From Azolla caroliniana (taxonomy: Eukaryota; Plantae; Polypodiophyta): DNA of 64,000 nucleotides. The position numbers and the translations under genes are program-made. The stretch is taken from assembly GCA_043228905.1 (NCBI GenBank), contig JBHGNT010000015.1:12028001-12092000 (forward strand), written 5' to 3'. The notes under the pieces are model-generated. The model saw nothing but the letters and a program-made list of their open reading frames with translations, did no database searches and was not told the origin of the DNA. Below are positions 47,164 to 58,600 of this stretch, piece after piece (positions within the stretch are counted from its first letter, which is position 1; every line of letters begins with the position of its first letter).

Positions 47164-50068
47164 CAACACCGTCAAGAGTATCGGAACAAAAAGAAACGCC
47201 ATTTCAAGAAAAGGGGTCACCTACGGGAACCGGAGAAGGGCGCCTCCAGCAGCCAACCGGATCAAAGCCCCACCGTTACCACACGTCCTCTACCGGGGGC
47301 AGGAAACAACGCCTAATCCAGCACTACCCGGAAAGCATATTGCTACTATTGCCGACAAGAAGGACATTATAGTAATCAATGCCCGGCAAAGAGCTATGAT
47401 AATGACCAACAGTGAACATGGTAGTCACCAAAGTCGTAGACCTGCAGCAGGTAACCACAAGATCGAAGGGTAAGGCGACGGAATGGGAGGCGCAAGAGGC
47501 TATGCGCAAGCAGGCAACAGAATGGGTAAAAAAGGCGAATGCGCGAAACATGGCAGAGCTTGCGCAACAAAAGGAAAATATTGAAGAGCTTGCCGGCAGC
47601 AGTCAGCGCAAAAATGCGACATGGCAGGCATTGCAGGAATGCCAAATCACGCTGCCATTAGGACGGCTCCTGCAGCTAGTGCCCAGATTCACAAAAGGAC
47701 TCAAGACAGGCATGACGACGGGAGAAACACCACCGGCTCCAACATTCTTCTCAAATCCGGAGGAGGGACCAACGGTAGTAGACACAAACAGTCCGACGAT
47801 CTCAGCCATCGTGAAGGGAAAGGAGTTACTCGGAACAGTAATAGATGCAGGATCCGGCGTCAATGTGATTAGCCTCCGAACGTGCAAAACCTTGGGAATC
47901 CAAGAGTGGGAACCATGCTCGTTCTGGCTGCGGATGGCGGATACAAGCTCAGTGCGACCGACCGGCTTGATACGAGATTTGGAAGTAACGATCGGCGGCC
48001 ACACATTTCGCATCTCGGCAGTAGTGCTACAATTACATGCACAAGGAGCTTACCCACTATTGTTGGGGTGGCCGTGGTTGAAAACGGCGCACATTAAACA
48101 AAACTAGAGGAAGAATATAATCACCTTCCGGCAAGGAAAAGCAAAAGTACGGGTACCGACACAACCACGAATGGGTACCGGGAAGGAATTGACATCCCTA
48201 TATGCCGAATGCGTCAATATGCTGGACAGATTAGCAGATGAAGAGGTAGATCAATACTTGCAGGATAATCTGAAGATCGTACCTCTGTTCGAAATCGACG
48301 TAGCCGAAGCCGTATCACCATACATACTGCCACCGGACGGAGTCGATGAGGAACCAAATAAAGAAGTGATCCGGGAGCTACGGCAAGCATAGGAGGCGCT
48401 AGAAAGAGAAATGGTCGTATCGCAATAGGTTAAAGCATCCCAACTAGAGGAGGTAAATCTAGGAACTATGGAAGAGGCGAGACCGGTGCACATCGCCAAG
48501 GAAATGAAGAACCGGGACTCAAGAGGAGGAAACGAGGAAGAACCTACGGAGCACCTCCAGCAGCAGCCGACGACAAGCACCGCAGAATCAGTCGGGAAGC
48601 ATTCGGACCCACAGAAGGATGGAACGCCTTTACCCCACACTGAGAATCCCACGCCAAGGGAAGAACCGAAACCAGTTCGGATGGAACCGGTCTCAAAAGC
48701 CCCTGCACAACAGGCAATACCGGCGGGTCAGGAAACGGCAAGCCCCAAAATGCATGCGCCGGTAAGGCATGTGCCACCTTCCTCAGTCGGCCAAGAACAA
48801 GCAGAACAAGAGCGGCCATCCGAAATACAACTGGAACCTGAATGGCAAAGGGGTCAGCAGGTAGAGCCGGAATTGCAACTCGACGTAGTTAGGCGGAACC
48901 GGCCACTAGCAAGTGAACCCATCAGCCAACCCTCCGTGCAGACGCAACAACAGGGCACGGGCACCCAATGGCTCCGGTGGTTAGGAGAGCAGATTGCCGG
49001 AGTGATACTGTCTGTAGAGGCGGAAGAACGAGCGTAGATGGAACGGTTGCTAGTCACAACCGATGAACTAGAGACGGCCCGGTCAAGGATCCGGTGCCTT
49101 GAACAAGACTTGGATCGGGTCACAGAAGACATGGCCAAAATGGCCTTAACCGCAACACAGATCCAAGCACCGGTGACTCTAGTGGATGTACAGAATAAAG
49201 AAACAACCACGCCTGTACACACGAATAAGACCCCGGAGACAGAAACCATCCCGGAGAAAGATGCGGCGCAAGCCCAAGAGCTTGCCGAATTAGAGGACGA
49301 ACTTGCTGCACAAGAAGCACTATGGAGCCGCGAACGAGATTTGAAGAAAGCGGCAGAAGAGGAGTTAAACAAGACTGCTGAAAACCTCCGCCGGGCAGAA
49401 GAAAATCTGCGGAAAGGTCATCAAGCTTACGACCGGCTAAAGGAGGAAAAAGAAAAATTGTTGCAGGAGAAGGACAAGCTGCGACGGATGGCGGAAACGG
49501 AAATCGAAAGGCTGAAAGAAGAACTTCGTCAACAAAAGGACCGGGAAGACCGCGCTCACCGGCAAATCAACCAGAGGCTGACGCAGAAGACAGAGGACTT
49601 CGACCACCTGCACCGGAACTTTAAGAGCTTGGACACAAAACATAAGCAACAGCAGGAAAGGATGGTTGAGCTCCGGCAGGAAGTTGATAGAGCCACGACG
49701 GCACTCACCGACGAACGGGTTGAGAATACAAAGCTATTGGAGGAAGCGGCGAGGGACTAGATGGAGCTCCACAAGCAGCACCATGAAGAAAAGGAGAGGG
49801 CGACAATGGTGTTACAGAAGTTGCAAACAACCTATCAAAGTCAATTGTCGCATTATAGGGAGCAGGAGGCGGACACGGTCAGAATCATCAAGCAATTGAA
49901 AGAGGAGCGACAAGCTGCGGAGAACAAATCACAGATGGGAATGGAACGGATCCAGTGCATCCTCCGGGCATGGCTAAACAAGACCAAACGCTTGATTGAC
50001 GAGAGCTCCGTGCGATGGTGGACGAAATGGGCGCAGAATACGACTGAACTCCAGTTGCTCAGGGCTGA
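47164..50068 (+). mobile_element. G4: internally deleted fragment of the G1/G2 family
   Basis: Gag end and protease, then a jump at ~48512 from the RT start (HIAKEMK) into the extra ORF. Both ends are missing. Confidence 0.9.
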
Positions 50069-50890
50069 GGCATATTCATCAGCCAACGCCATTATGTGAT
50101 GAGTATGCTCTTCAAATTCGGGATGGCCGACTGTAAGCCCGTCTCGACTCCTTTGGATAGAACCATCAAGCTTCGCCCCAATTCCGGAAAGGTATGCGAC
50201 CCAACGAGGTTCCGACAAATTGTCAAAATCCTTATCTACTTGACAATCACCCGACCCGATCTCAGTTATCCGGTCAGGGTCATCAGTCAGTTCATGGCGC
50301 GACCTACCGAGGAGCACCTTCAGTGTGCGCAACGCATACTGCGGTACGTAAGCGGCACTAAGGACCTGGGGCTACTATATCGTTTCGATACAACCCCGCA
50401 GTTGGTCAGCTACACCGATGCCGACTGTGCCGGCAACGTCGCCGATCGCCGATCCACGTCCAGTTTCGCGTTCTCTCTAGGGCGTGACGCGATCATGTGG
50501 AGCAATAAGAAGCAGCCGACAGTTGCACTGTCAAGCACCGAAGCTGAGTACCGAGGAGCGGTTGTCGCGACATGCGAAGCCATATGGTTGAAGCTGCTAC
50601 TTAAGGACCTACAACAGGAGGTGTCTAATCCGACGATGATCTACTGCGACAACCTCAGCACCATCCAGCTTGTGAAGAACCCCGTTTTCCATGCACTGAC
50701 CAAGCACATTGAGGTACATTACCATTTTGTCCGTGAGCGTGTCCTTTCTGATGAAGTCAAACTTCAATATGTTCCGACGCATCGGCAAACTGCTGACATC
50801 TTCACCAAACCCCGTAGTCTAGACAAGTTGCGGTAATTCTCGGGTGCACTTGGCTTGCGTCACCTCGACGTGCCGAACTTGAGGGGGAGA
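50069..50890 (+). pseudogene. pol: Copia C RT end and RNase H
   Basis: ITRPDLSY, VALSSTEAEY, TKHIEVHYHFVRE and ADIFTKP. Confidence 0.9.
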
Positions 50891-51356
50891 GACTCCCCAA
50901 ATGACCACGGAAGGAAGCAAGAAAGGAGCGGAGAAGATGCGACACCGAGTCAGATGACGAATTTGACTTCGGATCGGCTGAAGAAGCCGAGGGCGGATCC
51001 ACGGAAGAGTCCAAAAGCGGACATAAGGGGAGCAGCCGAAAGAAAGAACCGAAGCCAACCAAGCATGGGGGAGATGACGTCGTCAAGGGCGAGAAGACCG
51101 AAGACGAGTTTGAGACGCCAACTCGGACGAGAGCGAAAACCGATCGGAGGTAGCCAAGTCGGTTCAGATGTTTGATTCGGATACACTAAATCAACCGAGA
51201 GGCAAGTAGAAAAGAAGGCATTAGGAGAATCGCCAACACCGCGACAGCAAGGGAGCTGTGAAGGGCCGTGGGAGAAAACAAGCCGACTGGAAGGGTTGAA
51301 GCGCGCGGAATCGAACAACCCGAGGAGTGCGAGAATCGAACACGCCATTCTTTATA

Positions 51357-52051
51357 GTACTTTACCTTGTACACCCACTTACATCTGATCGTTTTACAGT
51401 GTCGGGCAGGATCAACGAGGTCCCATGTGTCGTTGGCATCGAGTGCCCACATTTCTTCCTTCATAGCGGACGCCAATTTGTGTCCTTTGTTGCTTCTATG
51501 TAGCTCTCCGGCTCACGCACTTCTACCACCTTAGTCATCTCCGCATAGTGATGTGCCATGTATTCATTGTACCTGTACCTCATGACAGTTTCTTCTGATG
51601 GGTTGACCAACGTAACTTTTCGTTAGCTTGTTTGAGTCCCTTCTCTGCAGGTTTAGACTTTCTTTCTGAAGAACCACCTTCTTCCTTTCTAAGATCATAT
51701 TCATTCCGGTCTGACCCTTCACTGCCGGTGTCGTATTCCGACATCTTCTTCTTCTCTTTCTCTTTGCGCATGAACTGTCTCCTCAGTTCCTTGTGTGGGG
51801 AGAGCACGGTAGAGTCTCCACTACTCGTCGGTTCTTCATCCAACTGGTCATCTCGACTTTGCCACTCATTCGGTCCACTTTGCCGTAATGAGATCGGACT
51901 CTCTTCTAGAGTGCCGATGTCTTCATCTTCTTCTTGGACCTCCTCGGGCTCACTAGCCTCATCTTCCTGAATCGGGACTTCGTCGGGAGTTGGAGTCGGT
52001 AGGGTGTACCATGATGCTGACTCATCAAACTCGACATCTCAACTTACTCGT
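51357..52051 (-). pseudogene. pol: Copia H INT-RT linker and RT start
   Basis: AMKEEMWAL..TWDLV..CKWVYKVKY continues into NADSSVNRYKARL at 19355. Confidence 0.9.
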
Positions 52052-52435
52052 TGTCGTGAAGATTTTCGGCAATAGTGTGAAAATCCCATAAAACGTATGA
52101 AATCGAGTATGAATCACATAATACAATAATTGTGAAGATAACATTTTAAATAAATTTAATATCTAAGTACAAAATGATGGAGGTTTCGAATGCACTTTAT
52201 TACACGAGAAACGAACAATTAAATGTCAAGATATGAGGGTATAAAGTGTGTGAAAGAAAAAGGGAAAATTGTGAGATATCCCACATAGGCACGACAAATA
52301 CGGCTCTCATCATATATAAGGTAGAGCAAAAGATATTATCTTTGTGTCTATGTGTGGAGCATAGAGAGTTCAAGGTAACTTGAACTAAGAGTGGAGGTGG
52401 GCTAGCTACTTGTAAAGGGTTTTGGCCAACCAAAA

Positions 52436-52730
52436 CCGGACCGGCGATGGAGCAGGTGATCCGGCGGCATCCGACGGCAATCCGGCATTCGGCGGTGGCA
52501 CCGGTATCCGGCGCCGGTAGGACGACGGCATCCGGCAACCGGCGGCAACCGGCGGCATCTGATGGCAATCCGGCATCCGGCGGTGGCACCGGTAACCGAC
52601 GGCATCCGGCGGTGGCACCGGTAACCGACGGCATCCGGCGACACCGGTGAGACGACGGCATCCAGCGAGGCACCGGTAACCGACGGCATCTGGCGGCGGC
52701 ACCGGTATCCGACGAACCGGCGTCGGGCGA
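52436..52730. repeat. GC-rich CCGG-containing imperfect tandem repeats (~27-29 bp)
   Basis: Repeated gacggcatccggcggtggcaccggtaacc. Confidence 0.85.
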
Positions 52731-52771
52731 CTAGATAAATAAATATATAAATATATATACATATACAAGGA

Positions 52772-52838
52772 GGGCAAGTAAGGATTCGAACCTTGCACCT
52801 CCAAGTTAGGAATCAATTGGCTTACCATTAAGCCATGC
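52772..52838 (-). promoter_or_regulatory. tRNA-like type-2 Pol III promoter (A and B boxes) within the LTR
   Basis: A box TGGCTTAATGG (52825-52835) and B box GGTTCGAATCC (52782-52792). Homologue at 46616-46675. Confidence 0.72.
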
Positions 52839-53308
52839 TATTTAGTTGAAATTATATTTCTATCATTGTACTTTTACATGTAAATTCTCATACATGAGAG
52901 CTAAAATGAGTGACATGGTTATCATGCACCACATGTAATACATAAGCGCCAAATGGCAAACATGCAATTATGCATGTCTTGTACCCTCACATGCATCATA
53001 TGCATGAGAGCATCTATAAAAGAAGGAAGGGGGAGGAGAAAAAACACGTTTTTTTTTTTATGAAATTAAGAAGAAGAAATTCGTTATCAAATTGATCGTG
53101 TAACTTATTTCTTAAATCTAAAGTTAAAAGTTCAATCAATCTCTCTCAATCGTGTAATCTCAACTTCTCTCTTTCCCAATCTATCTTAAGTACTTTCTCG
53201 CTAAAGCTTGCGCCAAAGCTTGTACTGACTTTGAATCCTTCCGGTCCAGAACCCCGATGGTTCCGCCTCACGATCCGCGCGTAGTGACGGATCTTCACGA
53301 CATAATTA

Positions 53309-55350
53309 ACTCGTACGTGTTTGGTGTGGGGGTTATAGCACTTATACCCTTTTTTATCACGCGAGTAACTGACTACGATGCACTTCCTCAACTTTAGATC
53401 AAGCTTCTTCCGCTTCTCATCCGGTACATGCACATATGTTATGCTACCGAATATCCAAAGGTGCCTCAATTTTGGCTTCCGCCCGAAATACAGCTCATGT
53501 GATGACACCTTGTCTCCAATCCGGTTTTGGAGGTAGATGGCCGTCCGGACCGCCTCAGCCTAGTAGAATTGGGGCATACTCTTCTCCTCTGGCATTGCTC
53601 TTACCGCGTCGACAATCGACCGATACTTCCTTTCAGCCACACCATTTTGCTCCGGTGTGTATCTACAGTTGAATTCTCTCTGAATTCCGTTCTGCTGTAG
53701 ATAACGGTTGAATTGGCCGGAAAAGTATTCTTTTCCGCCATCCCACCACAGGCACTTGATCTTCCTCTCCGTTTCCCTTTCGACTAATCTTTGAAAGTTC
53801 CGAAAACAATCGAAGACTTCACTTTTCTTCTCAATGAGGTGGATCCACGTGTGTTGGCTGTAGTCGTCGATGAAGGAGACAAAATACCGACTCTCGCCAA
53901 GACTAACGTTCTATGCCAGTCCCCATACATCCAAATGGATTAGATCGAGTTTGTTAAGGCTCCAGTTTCGTTCGGTGGGGAATGGAAGCCGGTGTTGCTT
54001 CCCGAGTTGGCAGGCTTCACATAATTGAGACTTCCGGCCACTAAATTTCGGCAATCCAAACACAATTTGTTTCGATTGCAGATCTTGAAGCCTCCGGTAA
54101 TTGACGTGGCCGATTTGCTTATGCCAGAGATTAAAGTCTGATTCAATCTTTTGTGCTTTGGAAAACATGGTTGCGCCGACTTCATTTGTGTTGAGGGTGA
54201 ACATCCTCCCTGCCCTGTGCCCTTGCGCAATTATCGGGCCTTCTTCCTCGATGAAGTAGCCAAGGTGTGTAAACTGCACTTGCATTCCCTAGTCAACGAT
54301 TTGTCTGACCGATACTAGCTTCTTTGTGATAGTTGGAACTTGTAGTACGTTCATCAGCTTTCCCTTTTGTCCAACATGGCTTAAAGGGACTTCTCTGACA
54401 TGCACAATCATGTGAGGGGTGTCGTCTCCGGTTTCGACAATCCCCGGTTGTTTCAGTTTCTCCAAAAAGGAGAACCACTCTTCATGGCTCGTCATCTGGT
54501 TGGACGCTCCGAAATCAACGTACCATACTTCCTTCAATCTAGAAGTGGTCTTCTTCATTAAGTTCGCCTTGTGTTTCATCACAAAGGTTGGCCCTTTTCC
54601 GGTCTTCCTGGTTCCGGATCCTTCTGATCCTTCTGCGTAGTATGAGCTTTGCCGGTTTTCCCGACTGGTTTTGTCGGATCCAGATTTATCCGAATCGGCG
54701 TGCTTCTTCCAGCACTCTCTCTCCCTGTGGCCTTTCTTGCCACAGTACCAACATTCCGTGTCAGCCTTTCCTTGCGGGGTTCCAGCGCCGCTTTAACTCC
54801 CCCTGCTTGTGGAGGGTCTGGAACTGCTGTCGACACTACCTCTGTACCTTCGGTCCTGCTCTTGCCGGGCGTCTCCATTATGTGTCGACCACCTCATCCA
54901 CCACATCCATGGGGCCGATCTATCTCCGTATACAACATCCGGCTGTCCAATTGAGTGGTCCTGGACCCACTCGCGTGGTTTTCTTCAATAATCAGCATTG
55001 ATTGCAAGTCGAAGAAGGACGGTGGCTTCTCTCGGGTGTAGATCATTGTTCGGATTGGCCCGTACCTTTGCACTCGACCACCAAGGTAGATTTGAATGAT
55101 CTCGTCTTCGTCCATCGTTACGTTGATGGACCCGAGTGCATCACAAATCTCCTTTATCTTGGTGGTGTAATTCGTAACCGACATGTCTCTTTGCCATACG
55201 TTGTCCAGCTCTTGCCGGAGCTGCAACTTATGGGATGTGGTACTCGCGGCGAAAATCTTCCGTAGATTTTTCTATTCCTCCTTCGAAATCTTTGCATTCT
55301 TTATGTAGTTGAGCATCTGATCGTGCACACAATACGCGAGGTAGTACAAT
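53309..55350 (-). pseudogene. gag-pol: Copia H gag-PR-integrase
   Basis: WYVDFGASNQMT, LWHKQIGHVNY, CEACQLGKQHRLPF and YVHVPDEKRKKLD. Confidence 0.92.
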
Positions 55351-55505
55351 ACATGGCTCACATGATGAAAGAAAGAATACACATACATGCAACATGATGT
55401 TAAGACCCTCAACCCCACCCATGGGGCTTAATGTAATATAGATGTTTCCCTCTCATTTTCTGTGTCATTCTCTATTTCTCTCTCCTTCTCTCTCTCTCTC
55501 CCTTT

Positions 55506-55587
55506 TGTTGGGGACAAGGTCGTCAGTGCGGAAGGACAGACAACATTGTGATGTTGAAGGACCTGTGTATGAGAATGAGCAAGATAC

Positions 55588-55622
<35 letters not shown>

Positions 55623-58600
55623 CACAAAGAAACACTATATTTCTTAATAGAAACAGTTACAAATGACAACCGACCTTAACTAAAGGTTACAAAGTCACTT
55701 TATGTAGTAACTATCTTAGGGCAATTGCCCTTTATGTTATTTATAGAAATAGCCCAAACTTGAGCTGTCCAAAAGGACAGTGTGAATACGGCCATTATAC
55801 ACTCATATTCAACACTCCCCCGTAATGGGCGTATACATGGGTTATACTAAAGTTACAGGTATATACAAGGTGGTCAGACAGATCAGTTTTTTTCGAGTCG
55901 GTAGGATCCGAAGACTGAAGACCGAATCGGCCGGGTCGAAATAGCTGAAGTCGATCCTCAAAGAACTGATGTCTGTTGTCCAAAACCATCTTGCGCTGTG
56001 TGTCCGACTTTAACCGGACCGATTTTTCATTACGCCCATCTGGTGCCAAATGGACCGGAAACGATCCGCCGAAAGACACTTGGTCATTCCATCTGTGACA
56101 TTATCGGTTGTGGATATCTTCTCGAGACCGATTTTCCCTGAAATAACGCAGTCCCGAATGAAGTGATATCGAACGTCGATATGCTTGGAGGCATTGTGGT
56201 GAACCGGATTCTTCGACAAAGCAACAGCACCCTGACTGTCGCTGTAGACAACTGGGGCCGAGTCGAGGTCGACCTGTCGAAACGTATGCGCCAGCTGATC
56301 GAGCCATAAAGCTTCTTTTGCCGCGTCGGACGCAACTACATATTCCACTTTGGTCGTTGAGGTGGTTGGGCACTCCTGAAGTTTTGACTTCCATGAGATT
56401 GCTCCATTGCTGAATTTGAAACAATATTCGGTTGTGGATTTCCAACTGTCCACGCAGCCGGCGAAGTCCGAGTCGGTGTAACCGACTACGCCTGAGGTTG
56501 AGTTTGGGCCAAAAAGAATGTCATGGTCTTTTGTGCCAGCTAGATATCTGAATACATGCTTGACTGCGTTCCAGTGCGATCGGCCTGGGTTGTGCATGAA
56601 TCTGCAGATGACTTCTACGGCGTGAGAAATATCAGGCCGTGTCGCGACCATAGCGTACATAAGGGAGCCGACTGTTAGTGCATATGGTATCGACTTCATA
56701 TCTTCCCCCTCCGGACCGGATGTCATGCAGTCTCGCTGAGACAGCCAAAGGTTAATGGGGAGCGGGGTCGAAGTAGACTTGGCCGAGTGCATGTTGAAGC
56801 GTTCCAAGACATGTCTAATGTAGTCGGTTTGAGACAAGAAAAGTTGTCGTGTATCGAGATGCCGACTAATCTTCATACCAAGTATGTGTCTTGCCAGACC
56901 AAAGTCCTTCATGGAAAACTTCAACCGCAGTTTCCGAATGAGTTCGATGAGCTCACCGACATGTCGGCCGGAGAGTAGCATGTCGTCCACATAAATGATG
57001 AGGAAGACGGGAGACCCGTCTTGAGCTGTTTTGGTGAAGAGACAATGGTCCTCATCGCTCTTGAGAAGTCAAACGACTAGATGAAGTCGTCGAACTTCTT
57101 GTACCACTGTCGGGGTGCTTGTTTCATGCCATATAGACTCTTCCTGAGTCGGCAGACTAGATGTTCCTGACCGGATGCCAAAAAGCCTTTCAGCTGCTCC
57201 ATATAGATTTCCTCATGTAGGTCACCGTGGAGGAATGTCGTTTTTACATCTAGCTGAATCAGCTCCAAGTTGTCGGCGGCCACGATGTTGAGCATGAAAC
57301 GAAGGGTTGTCATTTTCACTAGTGGTGAAAAGATTTCGTCGAAGTCGACGCCATATTCTTGTCGGAATCCCTTCGCAACTAATTTGGCCTTGTACTTTGG
57401 GTTGGTCGAGTCGGACGTCTCTTTTAGTCGATAGACCCACTTACACGAAAGAGCACGCTGACTCTTCGGTAATTTGACCAAGTCCCAAGTCTTGTTTGCA
57501 CGAATGGAGTGCATTTCCGACTCCATCGCCAAATGCCAGGTGGCTGAGTCGGGAGATGCCGATGCTTCTTCGTAAGACGTCGGTTCGCCGACGTTGGTAA
57601 GGAAAATTCCGGGAGAGTACCTTTCCGGAGGTTGCGACAGTCTCTCGGATCATCGAGGTATGATTGGACTGGTCACACCGGGTATGGGTGTCGGATGGTC
57701 GGAAGCAGATCTATTCGGCTGTGCTGAATCGGTGGATTCAGGACGAGAGGTGTCGGTTACCCGTGAAACCGATCTCGTGTTGTGGGCTGGGCTTTCATAA
57801 AGGGTTGGCACTTCGGCAAATATTACCCTTCGGACTTCAATAGGCCTTTCGGCCGTTTTATGCATATTTGACTGGTTGAACACGACGTCTGAACTTCGGA
57901 CGATTTGTCTGTGCTCGAGGTCCTAGAGTCGGTATCTGATCTCGTCGTCGGGTCCATATCCAAGGAAAACGCATTTCCTTGATCTTGGTTCAAGTTTCCG
58001 GCGGTCGTCTTTCGGTATGAGGGCATACGCCTCGTAGCCGAAGATCCTTAGCTTGTCATAATTCGGCTTACTGCCAGTCCATGCTTCCTGAGGTATTTTA
58101 AGTCCTAGAGGTCTACTTGGCGACATATTGATTATGTGTACTGCCGTAAGTAGAGCCTCTGCCCAGAAGCCATCCGACAGTCCGGAGTGTTGGAGCATGG
58201 ATATTATGCGTTCTTGAATCGTCTGATTCATGCATTCTCCAATTCCGTTCTGCTCCGGACTATAAGGTGTTGTATATTCACGTCGAATGCCACGTTCCCG
58301 ACAAAATTTGATGAATTCTTCAATCTTGAAATCTCCTCCATTGTCGGTTCGGAGACATTTCCATTTCCAGTCGGTCTGATTTTTTACCATTGCAAGCCAA
58401 TCAGAGAAGATCGAGAACATCCGATCTTTGATTCTAATGGGGTAAGCCCACACCTTCCGAGTCGAGTCGTCAATAAAACTGACGAAGTACGAAGCACCAC
58501 CAAGAGATTGATGTGGCATCGGGCCACAGACGTCCGAGTGGACCAAATCGAGGGGACTCGATTCTCTTGGTGCTAATGTCGGGTGTGATGCGGCTACATG

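Larger units (their letters stand above)
19361..51356 (+). mobile_element. Copia C (same family as H, opposite strand), rearranged container of G2, Sola2-like, B, G3 and G4
   Basis: 5' LTR 19361-19780 plus 29635-29645, followed by PBS TGGTATCAGAG. Only the terminal 16 bp of the 3' LTR (cacgccattctttata, 51341-51356) remain. TSD GTACT on both sides. Confidence 0.85.
52052..53302 (+). mobile_element. Solo LTR (1251 bp) related to the G3 LTR
   Basis: 12-bp terminal inverted repeat TGTCGTGAAGAT/ATCTTCACGACA. Shares the tRNA-like motif, RY cluster and gtccaRaacccc..tggttcc end motif with 46273-47163. Confidence 0.85.
1478..55350 (-). mobile_element. Degenerate host copia H, split into four pieces by nested insertions
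   Basis: The reading frame rejoins across TSDs CCATG (2328-2332/18475-18479), GTACT (19356-19360/51357-51361) and ACTCGT (52046-52051/53309-53314). Domain order is gag-PR-INT-RT-RH. Confidence 0.88.

Noticed and set aside
52772-52838. Functional tRNA gene
   Set aside because: No convincing acceptor or anticodon stems. Reported as a Pol III promoter-like module instead.
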